Positions 14,610-27,757 of a DNA stretch of 61,644 nucleotides are shown here, one piece after another (position 1 is the stretch's first letter; every line of letters begins with the position of its first letter). A model generated the notes under the pieces. The model had not been told where the DNA came from. It worked only from the letters and a program-made list of their open reading frames with translations, and did no database searches. The position numbers and the translations under genes are program-made. Source of the stretch: Bigelowiella natans CCMP2755 (Eukaryota; Protista; Cercozoa); the NCBI GenBank assembly GCA_000320545.1, contig ADNK01000442.1:1-61644 (forward strand). The letters are read 5' to 3'.

Positions 14610-16725
14610 ACTGCTCCCAAAGAACTGCCTCGCATACTCAACCACAGTCTCATGTGGCATGGACTTGAAGATGGTGTCGACAAGGGAGACCGCCCCCCCT
14701 CCTTCGACCCCCTGCTCCGCCATTCCCACCTGGCGCTTGATGCTGCTCAGAGCCTGGCGGAACGCACGCTGCAGGGTGGCAATAGCGAAGCAGGTGCGCC
14801 CGATGTTGTTGGAGGTGTCGAGGGGATCCACGAGCACAAGAGGGTGGTCAGGAAAGGCGCTGCGATGACTCGCCCCTCCAAATTCAAAGTCGGGCGACGC
14901 GCCGCTGGTAATCGGCACCGCCACAGCGTGCAGCTGCGGGTTGAACCTGAACGCGAACGTGTCTAGGAAGAGGATGAGTAGCCGGCCGAGGTTGTTGGTC
15001 GGGCCGAATATCTCGCCGGAGAGCAGCTGACGCATCGCCGGATGAAGCGTCGACGCAAACGTGTCGAAGCCAGAGTTCGTGCGAAGGGCTGCGATGTACT
15101 TCTGCAGCAGGCGGTCACGCTGCAGCACACACACGATCATGAGTACCAGCCCATAGGATGATAGGCCCCCACGGTAGGGGTCGTCGAGGCCTTTTGTCAC
15201 AAGGAATTGCTTCAATATCAACGTCAGCGGCGCCAGCTCCGTGTACTCCGAGCAGAGGCCTCGCACGAACGCCCTCGTGGAGAGGCCGCGGTGCGATGGG
15301 GAACCGAAGGTGATGTCGACCGGGATGTGGCTGCCATCGATCTGCGCGATGACTTTGAGAATCGGCATCGCGGTTGCGGGGATGCTCTTGACCGAGTAGA
15401 TCCACGGCTGCGGCCGAAGCGCCTCGGCTAATCGCGTGTACACACTCCATTGCGGCCTGCTGCTGCTGCTGCTGCTGCTGCTGCCGTTGCTGCTGCTGCC
15501 AGAGTTGTCGCCGCCGCTGTGCGATTTGACTGCATAGTCGCAGACCACGAGGTCGATGTCCGAGGATGGGATGCAGAGATCTGTTGCGAAGGAGCCATAG
15601 ACCTCCGCCCTTGCCCCCGTCCACACCTCAGCGACAATCTTCCGGATGGCTGCGACGGCAGTCATCTGTCGGGGGTAACGGTCCTGCGTGAGGAGCGTCA
15701 GGAACCGCTGCATCTGCGCTATATCCGACGTGATTGCTCGCACGAGTTGCGGCGCCCCCCGCCAATGGCTCCCCACGACTTCGCAGTAAGCCTGCATCAT
15801 CGCTTGCATGCTTCGCTCGAGCCTCGTGGCGATAAGAAGGTGACCTGAGGGCCCAGGGGCATAGTACGACGCGGCGTTATCGAACACTGCAGCGGTGTTG
15901 CTGCGGTGATGGCGTTCTTGCTGCTGCTGCGGCTGCAGCTGCTGGTGGCGCTGCTGGTGGTGATGATGGTGGCGAGGATGGTATTTAGCATGCTGGCCGT
16001 GGTGGTGGGGGTGAGGCTGTTGCTGCTGCTGCCTCTGCTGGCCGGTGCTGTTCGAGTAGTACATACTTCCTCCTCCCCCTCCCCCTCCTCGTCTATCAAG
16101 AGAAGAAGAAGATAGGTGGTGGCGGTGTTGATGGTGATGGTGGTATTGTTGTTGGTGATGCTGCTGCTGCTGCTCCTGATGCTGCTGATGGCGATGCTGC
16201 TGCTCATGCTGGGACGCCCCCCCCCCCGAAAGAGCAGGAGAAGAAGATGCTACAGGGCCCCCTTCGCGCTGACGCTGGTAGTACTGGAATAAACGGCGAT
16301 AAGACGACGATCGCCTCGGAGGGGCCGGTGGCGGTTGCGGTGGCTGCTGATAGTGGTGGTGCTGCTGTTGATGGTATAGCATGAACGCAGGAGGAAGATT
16401 TCCACCCAGAGCGGCTGAATCGAGTGAGGCCTCATACTTGATCGAATGATACGTATCTGAGTTTCGCCCGTAGCGTTGAGAGACAAGAGCGTGCGTCAAT
16501 GGGAACTGCGATGAAGAGTACGGCGGTGGAGGAGGAGGAGGAGGAGGGGGGGGAGGATGTGCCTTCTGTTGCTGCTGAGCAGCTAGAGTAGAGGAGGATT
16601 TGACATCATCTTGCTGCAGGTGCGCCAGCCTGGCATTAGCGACCTCCTGGTCTTCTTGAATTGCGAACGGAACATGAACTGCTGTCTGGAGGGGGGGGGG
16701 GATGGAAGGAGGGAGAGAGGCGGGG

Positions 16726-16764
<39 letters not shown>

Positions 16765-19700
16765 AAGAGAGAAGGTGGTCAAGAAGAGTACAAAGAATAA
16801 TAATAGTGATTATAGCATACAAATTCATTGAAGACTTCTTGAGTTTGGGGGGGGGTTGGCTTCATAGTCTATCCCAAGAAAGACGTCACAAATAGGAGGA
16901 GAGCAATAATAAGGGGGAGAGGGAACATAGAATATAGGGACAGAGGCAGAGTTATGCTCAATGCATACCACAGGCCCTTTTACGTAGAATTTGATGACGA
17001 TTCATTCCAAAATGATGTGTCTATGAATGTATGTTGCGCATGCCTCTGCCACTAGTACTACCACTAATACTAGTTGTCACTGCTACTACTTCTGGCTGTT
17101 AGTGACCTTGCTCTGGTTCAAAGAAGTAGCAGTAGTAGAAGAAGGAGCATCTGTGTGTTTTGCAACTCCAGCACTGTCTCCGCTGACGATGCTACTAATA
17201 TTTTCGATGACACCTCCTCCTCCTCCAGTCCCCCCCCCTCCTATTCTTCCGGCAGGAGGAGCAGAGCCCGTAGTTGTGGTAGAGGCAGCAGCAGCAGAAG
17301 GAGGAGGAGTAGCAACTCTCGCTCCGCTGCCGAATCGTTTCGCCACCTCCGCATGCGACATTACACGGCCCCACGCTCCCCATCCAAACTGCTTTGAGAT
17401 TTCAGCATGAGAGAGCCGGGGGCGCCCTGCTGCTCCTGCTCCTGCCGCTACTACGGCTGCGGTGGTGGCTGCGGGGTGGGACCCGCTCCTTGCAGAAAAC
17501 GACGACCTCGGAGTGTTTTGTGACGTGCTTGGTGAGTGCAAAGACAGCAGCTTCGCATCGTCCTCGCTCCCAGAAAGGGAGAAGTAGGAGAGCACGTCTG
17601 AGGCGGTGTCCTCTGCACCAGATGTGGTTGTGTTATTCTGGTTGCTGATGATGCTGTTGTTGCCGAAGCTCCGCGCGCGCGGGCGGGCTAAGGTGGTAGA
17701 AGTTGGAGAATGCTGCTGCTGCTGGTGCTGCTGGTGGTGGTGTTGTTCTTGCGGGTGATGATGCAGACGACGATGGCTGTGATGATGCTGCTGCTGCTGG
17801 TGGTGGTGGTGATGATGATGGTCATCGTGTGCCTCTGCCCTCGAAGAGACGGTTTGGGTCGCTACGAAAGCTGCGTTTTGCTGCATCATTATTACCGCTG
17901 TTGCTGCCGCCGCCGTAGCTGCAGCAGCAGAGGGGGATGATGATGGTGATGAAGATGATGGTGATGATTGGTGGTTGGGAAAGCCACTACTGCTGGCGGG
18001 AGCTATCATCATTCCTGTTTCCTCCTCCCTGAGGTGATGCTGGTGGTGATGATGATGATGACGACGATAATGGGGTTCTGGACGGTGCTGCTGCTGGTGG
18101 TGGTGGCTTGGTGCTGCCACTACTCCTACTGCTGCTGTTGTTGTTGTTGATTTCATGCCGCTTCTGCCAACAGCTGAGTTTCTACCACAATCCTCACCAT
18201 TACCTTCGCCATACCCACGATGCTGCTGCTGCTGCTGCTGCTGCTGCAACGTCCGTTTGTTATTCACTTTCTTCGCATCATTAATTACTGTCCTTGTAGC
18301 CGCAGGCGTAATTGCAATTGTAGCCGTCATAGGAGGGGTGGTAATACTACGTTGCTGCTGAATCGGCTGCTGTTTGCCATCTCGCTGTCGTAGCCCCTGC
18401 TGCCCTCCTCCTTCCTTATGCTGCTGCTGCTGCTGCTGCGCCTTTTCTTCCTTCATCTCAATGATGTGGAACACAGTGTTGATGATTTTCTTCACGCACC
18501 TGCGAACCACCTTGCGCTTTCGATGCTGCCTCTTCCGCTCGAGTCGATGTATCTCAGCCCACATATTCGTCAGCAGCGCGCCGACGGCATTTCTACCCTG
18601 CTGCGCCGCGAAACGTTTGGTCCTCTCGATCTGTCGTACGCGAGTGCCGAGTCGCTGCAGGACGGTATCTATTGCCGTTCGTGCCGCCTCGTGGCTCTGC
18701 CTTCGCTTCCGCTCGTGCGCAATGCGTTCCAGCGTTATCTGGTGAGCCCTCGCCCGAGCACGAATGGCTTCCTTGGCTGCCACTGCGGAAGAAGAAGAAG
18801 AAGAAGAAGAGGAGGAGGAGGAGGAGGAAGTAGAAGTGATAATAGGAGTTGTGGTAGTAGTGGGAGCAGTAATGGTAGCAGCAGTAGCGGTAGTAGTAGT
18901 AGTAGTAGTGACGATTCCAATGCTACTGCTGGTGCTATTGGCCAACATGCCTTGGGGGGGTGACGCTGCGGGTACGGTCGTCGGTATCGTCGTCGTCGTC
19001 ATCTCGGTGTTGCTATGGCTCTTTGCATGATGGTGTTGGGGACGATGTTGGCTTGAGCGGCTACTGCTGGTACTACTACTGCTGTTCGATCGCCCGCGTC
19101 GTTTATTCCCTTTTTTAGCGGAGTTGACGGTTGGGGGAGTGAGGTGTTTCCCCTCCTTGCCATTACTGGCAGCTTTGATTTCTTCATTAAGCTTTCTCGA
19201 GTTATCATTATCGCCGTCCGTGTTGGATGTGAGTGAGTGGGGGGGGGATGCGGAAGAAGGGCGTGTATCCGTTATCGTTGGCTTGGTAATGTGCCGCACC
19301 GCATTCTCCTTCGCTGCTTCTACATTTGCCGCTGGAGAGATGGCCCTTTTATTTCTACTCATCATCCCTCCTCCTCCCCCTCTTATCTTTGTGCGAAGGA
19401 GAGTGGTAGCTAGGTGCTTGCAGGCCGAGAACAGCTGTGAATCCGCCGCTTGATCTAAGTCAATGGTACGGAAGCTCCCCTCCACGATGAGCCTCAGCGC
19501 CTCTGGACAAGCGTTCGTTGGGTTGCAGCAGAACGATGCTGACGAATGCAGCTTCACCGCAGCGCTACGGTTGTTACCCACGCCTTGATCATATCTGCGA
19601 TCATTAGCGGCGAGCCTGGCAGGTGGGGGCGAGGAGGGGGAGGTGGAGGTGGAGGTGGAGGTGGAGGTGGAGGATAGGGAAGGCGGATTGCTAGCACTGC

Positions 19701-20013
19701 CAGCACCATGTAGAGGGTTGGTAGCGTTCTCGTTGAGGCCTGTCATCATCACCGCAGTCCTGAGACATCGTTCCTGCACGTCGAGTGGGATCTGCTTCCA
19801 TTTTTTCGAAAGATGTTTCCCCACTAGAGAAGATTGTGCGGGGGGGGAACCGTCGCTTCTAAGTTTGGTCGTCGCCCCCCCCCCGGTTTCCTTCCTCCCC
19901 CCCGATCCCTCCCCCCCGGTAGTCTTTCTATCACAGCTGCTGGCTTTCGTGCGTTTCGTTTCCTCAAGAAAGGCCTATGTGTGCCGTAAGGTAGTACCAA
20001 TGAGCAATTGCAT

Positions 20014-20050
<37 letters not shown>

Positions 20051-22910
20051 AAACGTACACACATACACTTTACCTTTTTAATCTGCTCGCGAAGCCTCGA
20101 GGCTACGAACGCTGGCAGCGAGAAGACTTGCAAGAAACTCTGTTGCTGCTGCTGCTGCTGCTGTTTCTGCCCGTGGTGAGGTGCTGTCGCTGCTGCAATG
20201 TTGGCCTTAATCCTCTCTCGAAGCGCGCCATCAATGACCTCGGCGAGCCGCCGAGTATTCTTGATCACGGAGGGGTGGTTGGAGCCATTCAGATCGACAG
20301 TCAAAGACCATTTCAATTGTTTCTGCTGCTGATGCTGCATCCGAGATGTTGTTGTTGTTATTGTTGATGATGATGATGATGAAGATGATGATGGAGGTGA
20401 TATGAGAGCAGTACTCATGCGAATAGCGCCCAGCAGCTGATGACCGAGTTGATTTCCGTACCATGAAGGACGTGACAACGCTAATCTGGCATCATCATCA
20501 TGACCATCATTCTGCTTGCTACCGCTATCATCATCGTCGTCGTAATCATCATTCCCGTCCACAATATCAAACCGTCCATTATCACCATCCCTCGCTCTTC
20601 TCCTCCTCCTCCTCATTTCGTTCCCACTGCTACCACCCCTTCCGTCATGACTAAGGGATAGATTGAAGCTACAACCCTCCCCATATTTAGCAATGAACCA
20701 ACGCGCGTAGCTCCAAAATGTTACTCCCGCGCTCAGCCTTCTTAGAGTGCTGAGGTCAGCTGCCGTTTGCTTCTGTTCCAATATCTTTTTCTTCTTCATC
20801 TCGCGAGCTCCTCCGCCTCCTTTTCTGTCTTTTTGGTGAGCAGCCATGATCGGTTGGCGAGGGGGCGCGGATGACGATGACGAGGAGTAGTGCTCGTCGC
20901 TGTCGTTGATTGTAGCATTTGTGTGGCTTCTACTACCTTTGTCGCTGATGTTATTATCGCTTCTGCTACTGCTACTGCTGCTGCTGCTGCTGCCATATTT
21001 GGGAATCTCCGGTGGTATGAAGAACAATCTATGCCTTTGATGATGATAAAGGGATACTTGAGAGACACTTAACCGACACTCTAGTAGAAACACAATTCAA
21101 ACCTGCCCCACCCCCCTCTTCTTCCACTCTCTATTCCTTCCATTCAAATACGTACGGGGGCGTTACTACCATGTCTCCTTGGGAGTGCTTTCTGTGGGCA
21201 GGAAACCGGATTGGCGAACGTCGGCTCTCTTCCACTAATGGTTGTGGGGGAGGGGCAATTCAACGCTTATGACCAAAAATCATTTCGAAATTTGCTTTTT
21301 CGAAAACATCTTGTGTCCTAGAGGAGGAGAATGAAGCACACCATTATGTTTCGAAAGGTTTTGAATGGAGAATGACCAAGCAGAGAGTGCTGCAGCAATA
21401 ACAACAAGAGGAGTATACGTACGGTATCTGATAGTGCTCGAAGGAGAATGTGGATTTTACGCTTCTCCGGGGCTGACGAGGGCTCGCTTCTCCCGATTGT
21501 AGTCGTGGGCAATTTCAGCTTGGACCCTGGTTGCACCCGTGGTGCGATGCGACCTTTCTTTTTGAGAAACGAGATAGCTGCCTTTAAAGAGAAAGACCGC
21601 GGGTATCTCTTGCTAAATCCCGTCACTGCCTCCCAAGGCATGTAGACGAAGAGAGAACGGAGGTCTGCACAAGAGTAAGGACGAGGGGTGAAACGGCAAG
21701 GCGAGTAGGGGATTATTATATTGAATACGTTTGTCATATCTGAGAAGATAGATTTCCAACAGTGGTTATTTGTCACGGAACAGCAGGTGCAAGATGGGTT
21801 TTATGTATTACCATCTACAGCGAATGTGTCGCTCTTGTAGAGAAACGCGTAGATTCCTTCGCTTCCCGTTTGAATTTGCCTGGCGCGCATGTCCAGCGTC
21901 GCGGCCACAAATTCCTCGTCAGAAATCGTCAGGATCGCCCGTTGCTGTGTCACCACAATACCACAAACATCAGGCTTTTTTGTTCACATAATCCTATGAA
22001 TTCCTCCTCTTTTTGGCTCTCCTCTTGCTTTTTGACTATATGCAGTTTTGAACGTTGTATCATGGTCCTACTTTTGTGATGGGTAAAGATCCTAGCCATT
22101 TGAAAGCATCGTCTACAATCTGATTGGGCATAAACAAGGCATTTGTTCAGAGGGAGGGGCCTCGTATCGACGAAAATAAAAAGAAAGAACCTTCTTCTCC
22201 TCTGGAGAATCCTCCCCCGCCCTTGTCGACGTGAAGACATCCAAAGGAAGCTGCTTCGCTGTGAGGAACGTCTCCTGCCATCGCTTCTGGGCGGGGTTTT
22301 GCAGATCAGCAGCTGCTCGCTTGGCTGATATGAGGACCAAAATATGGAAGAATACATTTCTTAGTCACACGTGGGTCGAAAAGGATGCCATTGGATCAAG
22401 TTGCTTCTTTTCGCGAGTTTCCGATAATACCTTCTTCTCGGGCCTTCTCACGCTGCAAACGTCGTCTGAGCCGCTCTCTCATGTACTATTTAGTTGTACA
22501 TACGGTCATATTCAAAGGGAGGAAGATAAAAGGGGGGAGGGACGACGATTGAAGGCAGCCAGCAGCCCTGCAACAGGCTTTGTAGAGATTGCCTCTGCCT
22601 TCGTGTCGCTTTGTCGTTCGCCGAACAAAAGGATCTGCTAAGATTAAGGTCTCGCAAAGGATTTGTGTAATCATGTAGAATGTAGTATGTTTTGTTCCTA
22701 TAATAAGGCAAAAGCCATGACGCATCGAAAAGATAAGCCCCTCAGCGTTTTGTGTTCGGACACTTGAAATTTTAGGTTTTAACTGGACGAGGAAAGTTCA
22801 AAATTTACACCGGGTTTGACGAGATATTCCTCCCAAACTTTCGCTTGAGAATCATCCGACGGAGGAGGAGCGGCTTTCATCGTGTTTGCCCTAAGTATCT
22901 TCAATATATC
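13068..22910 (-). CDS. Very large non-canonical poly(A) polymerase, Trf4/Trf5 (TENT4/PAPD5/7) family; 5' end uncertain (22910-23172)
   Basis: Terminal exon 16685-13068 contains YGSFATDLCIPSSDIDLVV, VDITF, GGLSSYGLVLM and the PAP-associated LGRLLILFL..LVDPLDTSNNIG. It joins in phase via a mini-exon (~17019-16969) to the long low-complexity ORF at 17.1-20.0 kb and to further exons at 20.1-22.9 kb. Confidence 0.8.
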
Positions 22911-23311
22911 CTAGTAGAAAATTTCCAAATTATGTAAGGGCGCTTATCAAGATCTGAGGAGAGAAAGGTGAATCTTCAACAGAAACGACTTGCGTTTGGT
23001 ATTGCGTCTAAGGTAACGCTGAGAAACGACGACACTCCAACCGAAGGAGGATTCAACTCGCCCCCTCGACAGGTTAGCGATGAAGGGATAGGAGAGAAAA
23101 CGATAGAATAGGTGGATCAGGATGTCCTCTTCTTGCACGTAACAATTGCTGCAATAACTTCTGCGAGTTCATCTCAACCGTTAAGCTTCAACTGATTTTC
23201 GTGCATAGTTTCTCTCCAGCAATTGTTCGATCCGTTGGGAACTTCATGAACTAACTTGAGCCGTGAATAATCTTAGTTTGCGAGACGAACTTTTGCTAGC
23301 ATTCGTGAAGA

Positions 23312-24684
23312 ATGGATCATAGGCAGGAAGCCCCCTTGCCTGGATATACGGTAGAAACTATCTGATGACAGTTAAAGAGAGTAAAGCGAGCGAAACTCGA
23401 AATTCGCCTGGCGCCCTTGACCACTGCCTTGGATAATGGAAACAAATTGCAACATAAAGAGCATAGAACTGAAAATCCTCATTAGCAGAGAAAGTGGGAT
23501 CCCATCATCTGATAATCTGAAATTAAATTCCTAGGGTTTCACTCCAAATTTTGTGAAGCACCACGTGAAAGGAGATCCGCACAGGCTGCAGAATAAGTAA
23601 TAAACCGACACTGCACATGCGTACGGACTTTCGATAGTATAATGATGCCACGTCTTCTCTCTTATACCTTCCTTCCTTCTATTGTTTGTTGTTTTGGTAT
23701 CTCCAACAGGTACGCAGACACTTCGAAAACCGACGAAGATGTGTTGGGTCGCACCAGTTTCAAATCGGAGTATAAGGGGGCATCACGGGTAAAGCCAGGG
23801 ATGTACCACGCTCCGACGAATAATAACAGGTTAAGGGGTTTAGTTATCAATAACACCGTTGCAACTGTTCTCTGGATATAGACAGAAACATCACGACAAA
23901 AATCTTGTTCTACCTAATCATTCCGCTACGATGGTTTCTACTACTATTCTTCTTCTCTACTCTCTTAGACTCAAGGAGAAGTATGAGCCAATCCCGGTGG
24001 TGGGATGGAAATCGAATTCCCATAGCACAATACAAGGAAAGTATGGCGTCAAGAAAACCCAAGTTTTGACACAAGAAAGCTTCATCGGAATCTCGAACAA
24101 TAGGATTCTGCAGGCGAGCGACATGAAATCCTCCATGGCTGCTGATTACACAACACACAGAGGAACGTTAAAACCTTCTACTGGAGATATTTTGTAAGTA
24201 TCTGAATTGAGTTTAGCGTATTTAAAATAGAAGTACAAACATTGACGAAATCTATACTCGCACTTGAGTGGCGTAGCTTACGCAAAACGCTGTTCACATA
24301 AGGGGTACTGCGTTTCTTCATGCATAATGATTCACACATGCAGATTTGGTACGGCGAAAGCTGAAGAAGGACGCATTCCAGGATATTCTGGGCATACTTC
24401 TCAGTCGCAGCTCTTAAAACGTACATCGTTTTCGCACAAATCAGTATTGGTCCCACTAATGATTCCTCCCCTCCCATATTGCAGGAAAGGTAGTAGGCAA
24501 CGTGAGGAATGCCATGAACGATCGTAATCTTACGCTACAAGCTGGGGGTTATAAGCACAATAAAATGGGGTATTCTGGTCATATTCCCACGGATTTCTCA
24601 AATGATACCCGGAGAGCAATTCCCGCGAATGCCAAGAATCAGATTAAAGCTGGCCTAAGAACTGGTAATGGAAGAAACCTCTAA
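23312..24684 (+). CDS. FAM166/CIMIP2-like ciliary microtubule inner protein (GY[ST]G repeats), about 7 exons
   Basis: MDHRQEAPLPGYT|GFTPNF.. followed by RIPGYSGHT and KMGYSGHIP: three GY[ST]G[HF] repeats. Exon phases are consistent; stop TAA at 24684. Confidence 0.65.
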
Positions 24685-25211
24685 GATGTTCCTGGAGCAA
24701 AAAACGGGCCTAGGTGTTTACTAATGTAGTACTTTGTATTTCTTTATTTTTCAGGAATTGTAACTCCAAGCATGAATTTATCGTAAAGGGCTCTTAATTG
24801 CCTCCCAGATGCAGCAAAGTAATATTAGAGAATATACTCGGAAAATGGTGGGAGTTCATCTTTTCTAAGATCTACGAGAATCATTGCGCTGCAAAGGGAA
24901 AACCAACGTCTGACCATAGGATAAATAATAGCGCGTAGCATGCATGTTTACCAGAAATGTGAATGTACCTAGATGTTCTAGCATAGCTTAAGTCGTTCTA
25001 TATGATCTGCAAAGCAACGTGTGTATGTCTAGCTAGCAGCGCGTAGCGCCCCAGCATGGTATATAAATTCACTCACGGCCCATCTATGCACATGCATGCA
25101 CAACCAAGGCATGTGTGTGTATTGTGGGGCATGCGGGGAGTAGCTAGCTACATGCAATAGCATGCCAATATACTTTAGCACGCATGCGCACTATGGACAT
25201 ACGTACGTGCA

Positions 25212-25708
25212 TGAGACGTATGGATGAGGTGATTAAATCTTTTCAATGGTCATCCTAATGTAGCTGCTGTAGAATGCGTACATGTAATTTAAGACGTTGC
25301 TACATTACGGATGTAATTATAGACACGTAATATCATATATATACTATATATGCTATTACTATGTCTATTATTGTAATCAATCAAATTAGATTTGTGTGTC
25401 TATTGTCAGCATCGCATGTTGCGCGTAGCATCGTAGTGTACGTCCACGTATTATAGACATGTAATATTATATATATACTATATATGTGCTATTACTGTGT
25501 CTATTATACGTATAGCTCATTATAGACATGTAATATCATATATTTACTATATATATGCTATTACTGTGTCTATTATACGTATGCGTCACGTCGTGCGGCG
25601 GAGACCAACAGATTCAACATTAGCGCTGTATCGTAGCCGCTGCATTGCACGTACAGCTACATAAGGATGGCCATTGGAAAGATTTAGTTGATTACTACAT
25701 CCGTCTTA
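25212..25708. mobile_element. MITE-like non-autonomous element with degenerate ~55-bp terminal inverted repeats and internal hairpin repeats
   Basis: Left end tgagac..taaatcttttcaatggtcatcctaatgtagctg is inverted at the right end (cagctacataaggatggccattggaaagatttag..catccgtctta). No ORF; a related copy sits at 12145. No target-site duplication identified. Confidence 0.55.
25317..25575. repeat. Three copies of a ~55-bp self-complementary AT-rich unit
   Basis: ttatagaca(c/t)gtaatat..atatat..tattact(a/g)tgtctatta at about 25317, 25451 and 25520. Each unit can fold back (tagaca/tgtcta, gtaata/tattac). Confidence 0.8.
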
Positions 25709-25998
25709 CGTCGTGCGGGGAGTCGGCAAATGGCATGTACAGCAAAATTTCACAGAGAAATGCTCAGCAACTAACGAAACGCTAAAGTCACCGTCTATGG
25801 CGCTAACATGCATTCCAGTTGGCATTGAAACACTACGATGCGATGGAACGCTAGCAAAAAATAATGTGCATGCACAACTAAGCAATATAATCGTCCAAAA
25901 TACATTAAGCATAGCATGTGTAACAGTTACTCAATTTTTCGAGAATTTTTAATTGTTTGCATGATGGTCGTCGTCGTTACCTGTTACATCCAATTTCA

Positions 25999-27378
25999 TC
26001 ATTTCAGTTTGTGGAGAACTGCAGATGCGCCTTCGGAAGCAGGGGAGAGAAGAAAAGTAGGTTCAATAGCCTCTTTCCCAGCAGAACTGAAGAATTCTTT
26101 GTATTTCCGCTGGATTTCGATTTTCACTGTCTCTACGGCAGATGTCTTCAGGAGTACAACGATGCTACCTCCGAAGCCAGCTCCAGTCATCCTTGCGCCA
26201 TATACCCCGTCTGTTCCCTGCGCAGTCTTGACAAGAACATCCAACTCGGGACATGAAACCTCGTACAGATCACGGAGACTTGCGTGGCTCTGGTTCATCA
26301 GTTGGCCCATTGCTTCGTACTTGTTCGTCTTAAGAAGAGCTGCCGCACGACTCGTCCTATCAATCTCATTGACAACGTGTTTCGCTCTTCTGTACTCAAG
26401 TTCGGTAAGCGCTTCCTTTGCCTCAGATCTTCCCTTCCATTCGACCTCAAGCTGTGCCGGAGTTAGCTCCCGGAGGGAGGACAGCTGAAGCTTCGCTGCC
26501 ACAGAGTCGCAAGAGGCTTTACGTTTCTTATATGCCCCATCAACAAGGGCGTGTTTAACGTTGGAATTTACAATAAGAAAAGCTATTGAGCCGTCACGGA
26601 TTGGAACTGCCTCATAGCTAAGCGACTTACAGTCAATGAGCATTGCAGTCTGCTCCTCTCCGAACACCGAGGCGTACTGATCCATGATCCCGCACGGCAC
26701 CCCGCACCATGTGTGCTCTACCTTTTGGCAGAGCTGCGCTTTCTCTACAGGATTCATACTCGCCTTGCAGAGATTCTCGAGAAAGGTGGCCGTTGCGACT
26801 TCCAGCGCAGCGGAGCTCGATAATCCGCCTCCCAGCGGCACATTGCCAACCACCACAGCGCGAAAACCCGGCACTTTCACTTTCCTGTCGCTCTCGAACA
26901 ATGCAGCAACCCCGCGAACGTAGTTATGCCATTTAACTGGCCTACTATTCTCAAAGAAATCACTCCGGTTCCAATCTAACTTGACAACCGTCCCGTCCGC
27001 TCTTCCGTTCACTAGGGTAAACTTATCATCGTCTGCGCACCGCGCACCCACGACGGCGGTGTACTTATTGATGGCAATGGGCATTACGAAACCCATATTG
27101 TAGTCTACGTGCTCACCAATAAGGTTGACTCGACCTGGAGCCTTGGCTGCTATGACTTGCGCCAGTTTGTTCTCACCTTTTCCTCCGAAGTGTTTTTCGA
27201 AAAGACCCAAAGCTATCTCCGTAGGAGTCTTCCCCCCCTTTGGATCGCCTTTCGCGTTACACTGTCCCTTGACATTTGACGCTCTCACCAATCCCTTGTA
27301 GATCGCATATAGAGCCGTAAGGCCTGCCGTTGCTTTGACGAGCGTGGAGTCCCGGTTTGTTTGCGCAGTCGCCTCCAT
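25999..27378 (-). CDS. GALK1: Galactokinase (GHMP kinase), intronless, with N-terminal hydrophobic extension
   Basis: 459-aa ORF with APGRVNLIGEHVDY, PLGGGLSSSAA, CGIMDQ, SHASLRDLYEVSCPELD and GARMTGAGFGG. Confidence 0.95.
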   Translation of the reverse strand: MEATAQTNRDSTLVKATAGLTALYAIYKGLVRASNVKGQCNAKGDPKGGKTPTEIALGLFEKHFGGKGENKLAQVIAAKAPGRVNLIGEHVDYNMGFVMPIAINKYTAVVGARCADDDKFTLVNGRADGTVVKLDWNRSDFFENSRPVKWHNYVRGVAALFESDRKVKVPGFRAVVVGNVPLGGGLSSSAALEVATATFLENLCKASMNPVEKAQLCQKVEHTWCGVPCGIMDQYASVFGEEQTAMLIDCKSLSYEAVPIRDGSIAFLIVNSNVKHALVDGAYKKRKASCDSVAAKLQLSSLRELTPAQLEVEWKGRSEAKEALTELEYRRAKHVVNEIDRTSRAAALLKTNKYEAMGQLMNQSHASLRDLYEVSCPELDVLVKTAQGTDGVYGARMTGAGFGGSIVVLLKTSAVETVKIEIQRKYKEFFSSAGKEAIEPTFLLSPASEGASAVLHKLK

Positions 27379-27649
27379 GAGGGATTGTGTTGATTCCGAT
27401 TAGAATCAGCGAGAACGCCTTTCGCTTCGAATGCAGCGGTTACCTCCTTTTAGACTGGAAACAATGGCATTCGTGGTGTGCGACATGCGACAAGCAAAGT
27501 TTACAGACAATGAACGAGCATGTCTTACCCGTGAGCGGATCTTTGCTCATCGTCATCAAAAAATGCATTCCCTTCATGAAATTCAGGGAAACTAAAATTT
27601 CGTGGGATCTTGTCAAGAAAATCCCCTATGTTTATGGGTTAAAATTATA

Positions 27650-27680
<31 letters not shown>

Positions 27681-27757
27681 TGTCAGGAAACCAAAGACAA
27701 TCACTCTTCAAAACTCAAATCGATCGATCGCACACCTTCCTTCGCCCATTCAGCAGC

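Noticed and set aside
13182-20800. Many plus-strand ORFs rich in poly-L/V/A/C/M
   Set aside because: Antisense shadows of trinucleotide-repeat coding sequence in the poly(A) polymerase gene.
25317-25575. Repeat-spacer pattern resembling a CRISPR array
   Set aside because: Only three degenerate AT-rich units with irregular spacing, eukaryotic context, and no cas genes.
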